In this document: positions 8,856-18,238 of the stretch, one piece after another
How positions within the stretch are numbered: position 1 is the first letter of the stretch
Layout of the letters: every line of letters starts with the position of its first letter
DNA from: a virus
Taxonomy: Duplodnaviria; Caudoviricetes
Virus record (IMG/VR): IMGVR_UViG_3300033067_001837
Location: 1-64,000 of that record
DNA length: 64,000 nucleotides
Direction: 5' to 3' (one strand)
The notes under the pieces: model-generated
The model's database searches: none
Seen by the model: only the letters and a program-made list of their open reading frames with translations
Told to the model about the DNA's origin: nothing
Translations under genes and position numbers: made by a program

Positions 8856-11800
8856 CAGCGATAACGCTCTCCGGTGACGGCATGGGTGATGGGGTCTAGT
8901 TCCAGGCGATGAACGGCGCGAGTCACTTGGATGTACTTCAAATTCCACTCTTCATTCGGGCCGATGAAGTGAGTATTCCCGTCCTCATCGGTTTCGACCT
9001 GAATGCGGGTGGAGTCGTCAGCGATCACGACTTGGTCGTGCTGTAATCCTTTGCTGTTCCATCCGTCAAAGCCGTTTTGAATAAAACGACTGCCTTCAGG
9101 TACTGTGATGCAAATTGTTTTGCTTCTCGACTTTTTAATCGAGACAATAGGATCGTAATGCCACATGATTCGTTCTGCTAAAAATGCTCCACACAGATCG
9201 TGGTCGATTTTCGCAAGAATTTCATCGGCCTTATATCTGCTGATTCTTAATACTATTTTTATGTTGTAATGATCCGCATTAGTAATAAAAGGACGGATAG
9301 ATTCAAGCTCTTGCAGGGTTATAGGAACCCAGTCATTTGATCTGCTAACCGATTTTTGCGTAGCCAAACGGCTGTTTTTCCAGCTACTAACAAATCCTAT
9401 AGATCGATAAAATGTTTTCAAATTATTACCATAAATATATATGGTAAATATTTGAAAACCATTAACTTCCCTATCTTTAAGGGTTGATATAATACCAAAT
9501 CGCAATAGCATGACCTGTACAGTTTCGGCTATTGATTGGTATTTTGTTTCAAAATGAATGTGGTCAACATTTCCTTTTTTTAAGTTTACGGTTCCGTCCT
9601 CAAACAAACCACGCAAGAACGCCGACTGTACCGTCATAGGTGAATACAAAATCTCTATTGGAATTGACTTGTTTTTTGGGCAAACCCCCACAAACAATTT
9701 CAACCATTTAGAAAGGTAGACAGAAGAAACGTCATATCCTGGCGTTCCTAGATTTTCACAGTAATTAGCATCATAGTTAAACAACTTTTTAACTAAAAAT
9801 TTAAACCGTTCATTGACATCCATATGACTTTTTACCACCCTAAATCCTTTATGATAAACAGTCCCGTCTGCGACCATTAACCCAAGAAACTCACCAAAAT
9901 CTTCATTCATTACAGCAGGAACTGGATAAATTATTGCGCGTTTATCAATTTCACCGCTGTACTTAGGAAGTGTTGGGTAGACTGTTGAATTAATCACCAA
10001 ACCGACCCTTAAACGCAGTAAATCCCCTATACACAAATGTTCGGCGTTGATTCTAACTTGTTGAGTACCATCCCAAGCCGTCATGCCATGGTTGGCGGTA
10101 ACTTCGATGTGATAACCTTTTTTTGTCGTTACAATAAATGTCTCGCTTTCCTCTTGCGTGAATTTATCGACATACATCTTTACCCCGTCCGGTGTTGCTA
10201 TTTTCCCTTGATCGGAAATCTCTTTAATCGGTACAAGACCATTTGGCGTTTCCACTAACGTATCGGGATGAACGCAGCGGTGCGCAGTACTTAGAATTAC
10301 CTGCGCTTTTTCTATCGGTACTTCACCCGCCTTTTTTAACTTCTCGCAAATGACCGGCAACTCTTTGTCGTAGTCCTTCGTAAGTTGTACATAGCGAAAC
10401 AGGTCAGCGTTATATTTTGCTTCCTGCAACACGGTATTCCAGTCCTCGAAAGGGCGAATCTCCGGGTGAGTCACTTTATCGCGGTCGTCAATATAGACCC
10501 CGTAGACGCTTTCAGCGCGATGGATCGCATCTTTCAACTTACCAATCACATGCATCGGTTGCTGACAGTGGGTCGCTGATATTGCACCCTCAAACAGTGC
10601 GGCGTTGGTGCGACTCAAAACCGCATAGGGTTGAGTACGATCCACGGGGCCGATACTGGATTCAATTTGCGGGTGTCCCTTCATCATCGGTAGACCCGGA
10701 TATGCGCCCTGCAAGATCGCATTGCCGACATCGACAATCTCGATTCCAGATCGATAGTTTTGGGTAAGATAGCAGACGCGGGCAGGAAAATCTTTCATTG
10801 CATCAACGGCTCCACGAAAGCCATAGATGGCTTGTTGCGGGTCGCCGACGATAACGATCTGGCATTTTTGCCGATTAATAATATCCATCATGCAAGCGTT
10901 CGAGTCTTGGCAATTCTTCACCAGGACGCCTCCAGCAAAATAAGCGCCGGATTCTACAGAGAGGGTATAAACGAACACAGGTGCAACGCCGCTGCTGTTG
11001 CATCCACCAGGACGGTCTGGTTCGCACATCTCAACACCAACCACCCGCGAGCCGTGAGTGCAGCGGTTTTCTTCGCATCCCGGATTCGCCCTTTTGGATT
11101 CCGATGCGAACCCCCATCCACTTCGATAGCTATTTTCAGTAGGCGCGAAGCAATGTCGATCTTGTAGCAGGTAGGCAATCCGGGAGGTGTGGGCCGTCCA
11201 TTCGACTCGGCAACACCGAGGCTCCATTGCCCATCGGGCCGCAACTGAGTGAGTTCCTGATAAAGCATCTGTTCGCACAGGGTCGGCCCATGCCCGTTGC
11301 CGCCGCGAATCTTGAAAGTGTTCCCACGACTCTTGTGAGTCGCTGATATTTTCTCCCGAACATCTGTTCGCTTCGCTGGATTGGGTATCTCTGTTCGCAC
11401 CACCTTCATCCGCCGACTGATTTTCTCCCGGCGCTGCTGTTCCGCTTCCGGTGTCATGTTGGCGACCCGCCATACCGATCCGCATTTCCGGGAGCAAGTT
11501 TTGTATTCCTTCGACTTTAGGGTTCCACACACCAGACAAGGTGTCCCCGACTTGGAGTGTTCCGGCTGCTTTCCAACCGGAGTCTTGAACCCAAACGGGA
11601 TGATTTGCGGTGCAAACAAACTCGCCTGAATCATGCAGAATCCTGAATAATGGGTTTTGAGTAGGGGTTTTATACGCAGCCGTCACCGGGCTATAGATCA
11701 ACGTCTTACCGCCATCCTGGCTGGATAAAACGCGCCAACGCTTTGAAGGGTTTGCGGCGATAATTTCGATAAGTACCGACCCGCTGTCGGTCTCAACGTA

Positions 11801-13681
11801 AGTTCCGGCAGGGAAACATTCATCCTGCATCAAGTACTTAACATCAGTCAGTACCGGCTGTCGCAACTGCCATGCCTTGAAATAAGCGTCATGCTGCATC
11901 GGGAACGGGTGCCCCACGTCCCAGATCGCATCCAGGAACTGCTGGGCATAACCGTGAACGGCGCGGATATAAGCCTGGTGCCAAGCGTCCGCCAGCTTAG
12001 GTAACTGAGTTGCCTGCCACCGTTGCGTCGATTCCGAGGCATCATACGGGTGGGTTTTGGCGTGCTCGTTATTCAGATGCCGTTCAAACCACTCCAGCGG
12101 GTAATCACTATCCCAACAGTGACGGAGGGTGATGTCAGGGTCTGCGGAGTAAAAGTATCGGTGGAGTCCTTTCATTGCCGCATAGGCCACCTGTTCCTTG
12201 GAAATATCGGAGACGCCTTCGACAGCAAACTCCCGCACGATTCGCCAATTCGGCCAGGTCTCGTTTAGCGTGCTGCGTTTCGGGTGTTGGCCCATTTCCA
12301 TTGCTCGGTAAGCGCGGGAGTGGCCGGTGGTGCAGCGAGTTTTGTCTTTCGGGAAACGCTCCACGGCTTCATCGGCATTGCGCTTATTGAAGCACCACAT
12401 TTCTCCAGGGCCGTCGCCGAGGTGAGCCAGGTAGACCAGGGTAGCGGTATTATGCGTAGGAATACAACCATTTGTCAGAAAAATATGGTCTGGTGATCCT
12501 ACAGAAATACAGGTTGCCTCTGCTGGCTCAACAGGAGTTATAGACCTTATTGCTCTAAACGGAGGATGCTGCGCTGGCTTCATTGACTGAAATTTTCTTT
12601 TCAGTCTAAACGGAATGAATTGCGCTGGCAGCTTAATATACAGCCGATACGATAATTTGCATCGCGTAGGCTTTTCGGATATGGTAGCAGTACCACCAAG
12701 GCTATGAACAATAAACTGTACTTCATTAGCCATTTGCTTACTGGTGGTGGTGTACTCTACAGCAGAGCCAGATACACTTCCGTCTGTATCAAACAATCCT
12801 TGTAGTACAGCCAAACGATCTTCAACGGAAGAAAATATGTAACTTGGCGGAATAAACTTCTCATGCGAGCGCAAACCACGGATTTTAAGTTGATCTAACG
12901 CTTTTGATAACGGATTAAAAAGACCCCTATGTCCCGGTATGGTTTTATGAATACAAGTAAGTCTATAGTCATATTTCCCGGCCTTATTTGTGATCATTCC
13001 GATCTGCGCGATAATATCCCGCACCGCAAAAAGAATCTGATCGTCGGCAGTGCTAAATGTAACGCTTTTGCCACTGATACCGCCATCACCAAGCAACACA
13101 CCAAACAACCAAGGGTCGATTGGCAATCCATCAAACAAGGATTCGTTGTTTATAAAAAAATTTACTGGCTTCGTCATAGGCATAAACCAGTACGAACGAG
13201 TGCCATCCCTTGATTTTGCTTTTGAGCCAGCCATTGTGCGGGTCTTTTCAGCAAGTTCAGATGTGGTTTTGATTAAAAATTTATCGCCGCCGTCACGTAA
13301 ACGATGATCTGAGCGATAGACTTTCCAACGATGATCTGCGTCGGCAATGACGTGAGTTTTGTCAGAAAACTCAATATCGTACAATGATCTAACTCCTTGT
13401 GGATAAACGCCTGTAACTGGATAGGCATTGCCGTCACTTCCAATTACAAGATCGTTGACTGATAACTCAGAAATAGGCTTATAGCCAAACGGAGTCATTA
13501 CTGGTTGATCATTTCTTAGCGCTTTCCCAGTGCCTGCGAAGGCATTGATGCACAGGTTCTCACCTTTTAAAAAGTGCTGGCCGATGACCTGCTGCTCCTG
13601 GGTCGCGATGAATTGCGGCACCGGGGCCGGTTTGATCAATGGAGTCGCTTGATGCTTGGAACGGCGAGCGGCTTTAGGCAT
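8855..13681 (-). CDS. UvrD/Rep-like SF1 helicase with three inteins (about 540 aa spliced)
   Basis: NAFAGTGK/T, QDE/CQD, VGDPQQAIYGFRGA, LTQNYRS, STAHR/SKGL, YIQVTRA; ATG 13681 preferred over TTG 13693. Confidence 0.92.
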   Translation of the reverse strand: MPKAARRSKHQATPLIKPAPVPQFIATQEQQVIGQHFLKGENLCINAFAGTGKALRNDQPVMTPFGYKPISELSVNDLVIGSDGNAYPVTGVYPQGVRSLYDIEFSDKTHVIADADHRWKVYRSDHRLRDGGDKFLIKTTSELAEKTRTMAGSKAKSRDGTRSYWFMPMTKPVNFFINNESLFDGLPIDPWLFGVLLGDGGISGKSVTFSTADDQILFAVRDIIAQIGMITNKAGKYDYRLTCIHKTIPGHRGLFNPLSKALDQLKIRGLRSHEKFIPPSYIFSSVEDRLAVLQGLFDTDGSVSGSAVEYTTTSKQMANEVQFIVHSLGGTATISEKPTRCKLSYRLYIKLPAQFIPFRLKRKFQSMKPAQHPPFRAIRSITPVEPAEATCISVGSPDHIFLTNGCIPTHNTATLVYLAHLGDGPGEMWCFNKRNADEAVERFPKDKTRCTTGHSRAYRAMEMGQHPKRSTLNETWPNWRIVREFAVEGVSDISKEQVAYAAMKGLHRYFYSADPDITLRHCWDSDYPLEWFERHLNNEHAKTHPYDASESTQRWQATQLPKLADAWHQAYIRAVHGYAQQFLDAIWDVGHPFPMQHDAYFKAWQLRQPVLTDVKYLMQDECFPAGTYVETDSGSVLIEIIAANPSKRWRVLSSQDGGKTLIYSPVTAAYKTPTQNPLFRILHDSGEFVCTANHPVWVQDSGWKAAGTLQVGDTLSGVWNPKVEGIQNLLPEMRIGMAGRQHDTGSGTAAPGENQSADEGGANRDTQSSEANRCSGENISDSQESWEHFQDSRRQRAWADPVRTDALSGTHSVAARWAMEPRCCRVEWTAHTSRIAYLLQDRHCFAPTENSYRSGWGFASESKRANPGCEENRCTHGSRVVGVEMCEPDRPGGCNSSGVAPVFVYTLSVESGAYFAGGVLVKNCQDSNACMMDIINRQKCQIVIVGDPQQAIYGFRGAVDAMKDFPARVCYLTQNYRSGIEIVDVGNAILQGAYPGLPMMKGHPQIESSIGPVDRTQPYAVLSRTNAALFEGAISATHCQQPMHVIGKLKDAIHRAESVYGVYIDDRDKVTHPEIRPFEDWNTVLQEAKYNADLFRYVQLTKDYDKELPVICEKLKKAGEVPIEKAQVILSTAHRCVHPDTLVETPNGLVPIKEISDQGKIATPDGVKMYVDKFTQEESETFIVTTKKGYHIEVTANHGMTAWDGTQQVRINAEHLCIGDLLRLRVGLVINSTVYPTLPKYSGEIDKRAIIYPVPAVMNEDFGEFLGLMVADGTVYHKGFRVVKSHMDVNERFKFLVKKLFNYDANYCENLGTPGYDVSSVYLSKWLKLFVGVCPKNKSIPIEILYSPMTVQSAFLRGLFEDGTVNLKKGNVDHIHFETKYQSIAETVQVMLLRFGIISTLKDREVNGFQIFTIYIYGNNLKTFYRSIGFVSSWKNSRLATQKSVSRSNDWVPITLQELESIRPFITNADHYNIKIVLRISRYKADEILAKIDHDLCGAFLAERIMWHYDPIVSIKKSRSKTICITVPEGSRFIQNGFDGWNSKGLQHDQVVIADDSTRIQVETDEDGNTHFIGPNEEWNLKYIQVTRAVHRLELDPITHAVTGERYR
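9056..10276 (-). mobile_element. Intein (407 aa, LAGLIDADG) in helicase motif V
   Basis: CVHPDTLVETPNG, VTANH, GLMVADG, GLFEDG, TICITV...GFDGWN/S. Confidence 0.88.
10913..11818 (-). mobile_element. Intein (302 aa) in Walker B with out-of-frame endonuclease
   Basis: CFPAGTYV, CTANHPVW, VYTLSVESGAYFAGGVLVKN/C. Confidence 0.88.
10954..11634 (-). CDS. Overprinted DUF559/Vsr-like PD-(D/E)XK homing endonuclease inside intein
   Basis: CLVC...CSRKC, REKISATHK (NUMOD3-like), YKIDIA...IAIEVDGGSH...RDAKKTAALTARGWLVLR; +1 frame relative to helicase. Confidence 0.85.
   Translation of the reverse strand: MIQASLFAPQIIPFGFKTPVGKQPEHSKSGTPCLVCGTLKSKEYKTCSRKCGSVWRVANMTPEAEQQRREKISRRMKVVRTEIPNPAKRTDVREKISATHKSRGNTFKIRGGNGHGPTLCEQMLYQELTQLRPDGQWSLGVAESNGRPTPPGLPTCYKIDIASRLLKIAIEVDGGSHRNPKGRIRDAKKTAALTARGWLVLRCANQTVLVDATAAALHLCSFIPSL
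12449..13522 (-). mobile_element. Class 3 intein (358 aa, LAGLIDADG) in Walker A
   Basis: Ala1 (ALRNDQPV), DHRW, ATCISV, PTHN/T give the W-C-T signature; GVLLGDG and GLFDTDG. Confidence 0.88.
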
Positions 13682-13739
13682 GGGGTCTACCAATGTGGTT
13701 GGTAAATGCAGGCAAATTTAGGCTTCGTTGGAGTGCATC

Positions 13740-14066
13740 TTAAAACAGCATTCCCTTCCCCATTAAAAAATCGACATCTTCTTCCAAATCGCTGATATGA
13801 ATGCCGCGATCATAGACGCCGATGTTTATCCATCCTTTCCACTTTTCCGTCATCACCGATTCAGGAGTTGCGACGGGCAGGCAGCGCACGGATACACTGT
13901 AACCCTTGGGAGTCGGGCGAATAATGACGCGCACAGCAGAAGAGGTGCCGATAGCCCGACGAATTTTGCGGGCAACGACTAATGCGCTAATTCCAATTTC
14001 GGTTTCAGTTGACATAATGTTCCAAAAAAAATGCAGGCGTAATGCCTGCCAAAACTTAACAACCAA
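13740..14066 (-). CDS. Hypothetical protein (start probably ATG 14015)
   Basis: First gene of leftward unit, downstream of promoter at about 14078-14108. Confidence 0.55.
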   Translation of the reverse strand: MVVKFWQALRLHFFWNIMSTETEIGISALVVARKIRRAIGTSSAVRVIIRPTPKGYSVSVRCLPVATPESVMTEKWKGWINIGVYDRGIHISDLEEDVDFLMGKGMLF

Positions 14067-14140
14067 AGGAGGATACTTATTATAACAATCATGTGGGTAG
14101 AATGTAAATATTTTTTTCTTATCAGGTCTTGCGCGAAAGA

Positions 14141-14170
14141 CCCCGCCCTGAAGGACGGGGAGGATGTCAA
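14141..14170 (+). mobile_element. IS200/IS605-type end hairpin remnant
   Basis: CCCCGCCCTGAAGGACGGGGAGGATGTCAA; near-identical copies at 19865 and 22130. Confidence 0.65.
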
Positions 14171-14242
14171 AGTAGTCAATTCTTAATAGTTACTGACCGC
14201 TCTTTAGCGGGATTTTTTTGTACACTCATCGCACATCGTGTA

Positions 14243-14275
14243 TTGCAATTTAATAAACATCTTGGTAGACTGCAA
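14243..14275. promoter_or_regulatory. Overlapping divergent promoters with operator
   Basis: + TTGCAA-17-TAGACT; - TTGCAG-17-TAAATT; operator TTAATAA-N5-TTGGTAG at 14250-14268. Confidence 0.6.
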
Positions 14276-14330
14276 CATCTTTCAAGTCAACTACCCCTAC
14301 CTGAAGTCCAGGGTCTCTCGAGAGGTTTAG

Positions 14331-14576
14331 ATGATTCTGAAAACCGTAGTCACCGACCGCGACGGATATACGCTCTATCACAGCCAGCAGCGTCCGATTC
14401 CGCGTTATCACCCTGGGCCGCGCAAACCGATGGCCGAGCGGGTTCCGTATTATCCTCACATCCCACATTACCCAGTCGTGCATCCGGTATCCGCCCGTAT
14501 GACGCAGAAAACCGACCGGCTGTGTGCCGTACTGCTCGGGGTAGCGGTAATGCTGCTGCTTATGGTGGTGTGGTGA
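14331..14576 (+). CDS. Small membrane-anchored protein
   Basis: C-terminal hydrophobic helix LCAVLLGVAVMLLLMVVW; AGAGGT RBS. Confidence 0.6.
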   Translation: MILKTVVTDRDGYTLYHSQQRPIPRYHPGPRKPMAERVPYYPHIPHYPVVHPVSARMTQKTDRLCAVLLGVAVMLLLMVVW

Positions 14577-14938
14577 GCATTGAAATCTATGGCCCAAAGC
14601 CCGGAAGTAAGGGCCGATTGGTGTTGGACTGGGTTAGAACGCAGTTGAACCCCGTTTCCATGGCGCAAGTCGCTGACGGATTACGGAGTATTCATAACTT
14701 GGATACATCCGTCAAGAATCTGCTGGCGCGATTAGTGGAAACGGGTCATTTACAACGCTCTGTTCATGACGGTCGAGCGTTTTTTACTGCGACCGATTTA
14801 GACCCTGACCAACCCCTGAAGAAACACCCGGAAACCTGGAACGATGAGGAACATCAGCAGTTTATGGCGTACTGGGGTAATAAATATTTTGAAAAACAAC
14901 GGAGGAAAAAAATTGAACAGTCTCGCTCAGTTATTTAG
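14573..14938 (+). CDS. Winged-helix DNA-binding protein (BlaI/CopY-like)
   Basis: VLDWV...PVSMAQVADGL...TSVKNLLARLVETGHLQRSVHDGRAFF; GTG overlaps upstream TGA. Confidence 0.6.
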   Translation: MSIEIYGPKPGSKGRLVLDWVRTQLNPVSMAQVADGLRSIHNLDTSVKNLLARLVETGHLQRSVHDGRAFFTATDLDPDQPLKKHPETWNDEEHQQFMAYWGNKYFEKQRRKKIEQSRSVI

Positions 14939-15254
14939 TCCGCGCCAACTTCTCAAGAAGTTTGGCGGTTGTTCGGCGCATCGGGAAATGTCGCTCTCAG
15001 AAGTTCAGCAGCTTGAATGCGCACAAGAGTTGCGTGTTACTCAACTCCTTGGTGATTCACAGGAATACCCTGATTTATTACTGATAACCGAGGATTATTT
15101 TTTTCTGGAGCGGTTAGCGCATGACCTACATGAAATCATGATCTGCTCACCGCTGCATGAGCATGATGCCATCGTTCGTCTGCGCAATACTTTAACTTCG
15201 ATGGCCGAAAAGAAAGTGCTGGATGAATGGGAAGAAGCTTTCTCGAACCCATAA
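14844..15254 (+). CDS. Hypothetical protein (start probably TTG near 14913)
   Basis: GGAGG upstream of TTG; in operon. Confidence 0.5.
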   Translation: MRNISSLWRTGVINILKNNGGKKLNSLAQLFSPRQLLKKFGGCSAHREMSLSEVQQLECAQELRVTQLLGDSQEYPDLLLITEDYFFLERLAHDLHEIMICSPLHEHDAIVRLRNTLTSMAEKKVLDEWEEAFSNP

Positions 15255-15333
15255 AAACGCCCGCTTAATCAGCGGGCTGGCACAGAGGTGTGTGTACGGA
15301 GCGACGAAACTCCGCTTCGCGTGCTAAACGAAG
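15252..15333 (-). ncRNA. Candidate antisense sRNA (about 80 nt)
   Basis: Promoter TTGCAT-17-TACACT (15368-15340), two hairpins, terminator GCCCGCT/AGCGGGC plus T-run. Confidence 0.55.
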
Positions 15334-15378
15334 TAACTGAGTGTAACGACTCAGTAAACAAAATGCAAGGGAAAAATC

Positions 15379-16200
15379 ATGGAAATCTTTAAAGCCGGAC
15401 TCTTTGAGATGAGTTCCTCTGAATACTTAGCGCTGCCCTGCGTCAATCAGAGCTATCTCAAACTGTTTAAGAAGAGCGCCTTTCATGCCTTGACGGCGCG
15501 TTACTCAAAGCCAACATCTGACCAAATTTTCGGGACGCAGTTTCATACGCTGCTTTTGGAGAACGAGAAATTTGATCAGTTATATGTGCGAGAACCAGTC
15601 TATATCATAAATGGACGCAAAGCGGAGGGCAAAGCCGAGCGTGAAGCGGCGAAAGCGATCATTGGCGACCGGGAAACGATTAGCGCCGATCACTGGATTA
15701 TGCTCAACAAAATGCATGAGGAAACCACTACTGACGAAACGGCAGCAGCGTTGTTTAATGAAGGCACCGCCGAGCAGACCTTGATCTGGGAAGACGAACT
15801 AGGGTTTTGGTGCAAGGCGCGAATCGACTGGTTGCCGACTGGAATTACTAACCTGCTTGTTGACGTGAAAACCACCCGGTCGGCGAATCCAAAGGATTTA
15901 CAGCGCGGGGTCGTGGACTGGGGTTATCACTTGCAGGAAGCGTTCTATATCCGGGGCTGGAGGCATGTGTTTGGAGTCGAACCGGATTTTGTGTTCTCGT
16001 TCCATGAGAAACCTCGCGATCCAGAGGATAGGCCAATTCCACCTGTCCTGATTGAGTTAGACCGTCAATTCCGCATGGCTGGCGAACGGGAGATTGTGCG
16101 TCTTATGCAACTCCATCAGCAGTGTACAGCCAGCGGGTATTGGCCTAGCTATACCAAAGGAATCACCTTGCTGTCACCCCCACCCTGGTTTAAGGAGTAA
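15379..16200 (+). CDS. RecE/exonuclease VIII-like PD-(D/E)XK nuclease (DUF3799-like)
   Basis: FGTQFHTLLLE, WCKARIDW, VDVKTT, YHLQEAFY. Confidence 0.85.
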   Translation: MEIFKAGLFEMSSSEYLALPCVNQSYLKLFKKSAFHALTARYSKPTSDQIFGTQFHTLLLENEKFDQLYVREPVYIINGRKAEGKAEREAAKAIIGDRETISADHWIMLNKMHEETTTDETAAALFNEGTAEQTLIWEDELGFWCKARIDWLPTGITNLLVDVKTTRSANPKDLQRGVVDWGYHLQEAFYIRGWRHVFGVEPDFVFSFHEKPRDPEDRPIPPVLIELDRQFRMAGEREIVRLMQLHQQCTASGYWPSYTKGITLLSPPPWFKE

Positions 16201-16206
16201 TAACAC

Positions 16207-16252
16207 GTCAATCACCCCGCCATAAAGGACGGGGTCTAACGCGGAGAATTTC
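16207..16252 (+). mobile_element. Collapsed ISC/IS200-605-like mini-element
   Basis: GTCAATCACCCCGCCATAAAGGACGGGGTCTAACGCGGAGAATTTC. Confidence 0.55.
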
Positions 16253-16340
16253 ATAAAGAGTGACCAACCGATGTCGTTTATAGTAAATTCGGGAGTTAAA
16301 AAAGTGAAAACTCCCAAATCACAACCCACAGAGGTGTTTA

Positions 16341-17225
16341 ATGTCAACTGATTTAATTGCTAATCCTTTTGCGTCCAATGTTGCGGAAATCAAGACCGAC
16401 ACTAGCAGCACGGCGGTTGAGCAGAGTCGGGCGTTTTCCGAAGTCCAGTCATCGATGTTGATCGCAAAGCGGTTTCCGCGTGACCAGCTTTTATGTGTGG
16501 ATCGGATTCTCCAAGCTTGTACCCGGCCCTCGTTAGCCGAAAAAGCAACTTATGCATTCCCACGGGGCAGGGAGTTAGTGACTGGTCCATCGATTCGCCT
16601 AGCGGAGGTTCTAGCCCAGTGTTGGGGGAATATGGATTACGGAATGCGGGAGCTTTCTCGGTTCGTCAAAGACGGGACATCATCCTCTGAAGTGATGGCG
16701 TTTGCCTGGGACTTGGAGACCAACACCAAGCGGCATATTACCTTCTTCATCAAACATTGGCGCGATACCAAGCAGGGTGGGTATGCCTTGCGGGATGAGA
16801 GGGATATTGCTGAACTGATCCTTAATCAAGCCTCCCGGCGTATCCGGGCCTGCATCCTGGGTATTATTCCCACGGATGTTACTGAAGTAGCAGAGCAACA
16901 ATGCGAGACGACTCTCGCTAATAAAGGGGGTGCGCCCCAAGAGCAAATCAAGAAACTGGTGGAGGCATTTAACGTGTATGGAGTGGAAGCAGATCATATT
17001 GTGAAGCGTCTCAAGCATCGGCTTGACTCCGTTAACCAGGCGGAGGTGCTCCAGTTAAAGAAAATCTACACCACGATTCGAGACGGAATGGCAAAACCGG
17101 CTGACTTCTTTGAGATCGCTGATGAACCCGCTGGCAAGGAATCGGCGCTCAACGAAAAACTCAAGAAAGCACCGGCTCATGTCGCTGCTAACCAGACCGC
17201 CGAAGATATTTTGGCGGCGAACTAA
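16341..17225 (+). CDS. Putative single-strand annealing / recombination protein
   Basis: AKRFPRD...YAFPRG...GPSIRLAEVLAQCWGN; adjacent to RecE-like exonuclease. Confidence 0.6.
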   Translation: MSTDLIANPFASNVAEIKTDTSSTAVEQSRAFSEVQSSMLIAKRFPRDQLLCVDRILQACTRPSLAEKATYAFPRGRELVTGPSIRLAEVLAQCWGNMDYGMRELSRFVKDGTSSSEVMAFAWDLETNTKRHITFFIKHWRDTKQGGYALRDERDIAELILNQASRRIRACILGIIPTDVTEVAEQQCETTLANKGGAPQEQIKKLVEAFNVYGVEADHIVKRLKHRLDSVNQAEVLQLKKIYTTIRDGMAKPADFFEIADEPAGKESALNEKLKKAPAHVAANQTAEDILAAN

Positions 17226-17263
17226 TCATTGGATCCCCGCTTTCGTGCGGGGTAGAGGTTCCC

Positions 17264-18238
17264 ATGTCATTAGGATTTAAAATCAAAAAATACCTTCACA
17301 CCATCAACGATGGCGCTTTTGCGAAAGACCTGCGTAAAACGTTGAATGTGGAGCATTCCGACATTATGGCGGCGTTAATGGAGTTGGGCCATGAGGTCAT
17401 TCAAGGTGAAGATGATCGTTGGTATCTGGATGTGTGTGCCAAGCTTGACGAGCCAGAATCAGAACCCGTGATAGAACCACCTATAGCGGCTGAAGCCCCT
17501 ATTATCGAAAAATCAGCAACCGCCAAAAGAACCAGTAAAATGGATTTAGTGTTGGACGTACTGCGACAGAAACATCAGGAAGGCGCTGGCCCGTATACCT
17601 ACGCGCAGTTTGCACAAATTCTTAACGAGGAATTGGTCTATGTGCGGGGTTTGAAAAAGAACATCACCAAATACCGGCCCGAAGAACTTCCGCTGTGGGA
17701 CAGCATGATTATTGTGCAGGACATCCTGAAAAACCTGAAAAACGGCCCAAGGGAGACGTATCAGGACTTGGGGCTGGGTGCCTATCGCTGGAGGCGGCTG
17801 CGGAACTGGTTAGCGGAGGAACAGGTTTCCGGTCGCGGACCCTATCTCGCTAAGGAAATCTGTGGGCGCTGGTGTTCAGTCGCTAGTCTTCGACAGACGC
17901 AACGAGCCATTACCGCGTTACGCCAGCAGGGGAGCGAAGAGGATAAAAAACTGGCCGAGCAGATGATCGTGTATGCCAACCCAGCGTTTAAAAAACCGGC
18001 TGTACCGGATAAAACTGCCATTCTGGCTGCACTGGATGATGTACGGCTTAAGATCATTCCTAAGACTCACCCATTGGCGGAACGTTGGCGAACGGTTTGT
18101 GAAGGGCTGGATAAAATCATTGAGGACTTGGGGTTGGGCGCTGATCATTTGACCCGAGCCGACTTGCAGGGTATGGCCGAATTCTTCAGAGAAATGTCCG
18201 ATCAAATATCCAGCCAAAAACTCGATGTATCTTGTTGA
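17264..18238 (+). CDS. Hypothetical protein
   Basis: 324-aa ORF with AGAGGT RBS. Confidence 0.65.
   Translation: MSLGFKIKKYLHTINDGAFAKDLRKTLNVEHSDIMAALMELGHEVIQGEDDRWYLDVCAKLDEPESEPVIEPPIAAEAPIIEKSATAKRTSKMDLVLDVLRQKHQEGAGPYTYAQFAQILNEELVYVRGLKKNITKYRPEELPLWDSMIIVQDILKNLKNGPRETYQDLGLGAYRWRRLRNWLAEEQVSGRGPYLAKEICGRWCSVASLRQTQRAITALRQQGSEEDKKLAEQMIVYANPAFKKPAVPDKTAILAALDDVRLKIIPKTHPLAERWRTVCEGLDKIIEDLGLGADHLTRADLQGMAEFFREMSDQISSQKLDVSC

Noticed and set aside
14129-14572. Long N-terminus of the 269-aa ORF
   Set aside because: Crosses promoters, an IS remnant and another gene; GTG 14573 is the coupled start
15295-15355. Hammerhead ribozyme
   Set aside because: GAAA present but no CUGANGA core
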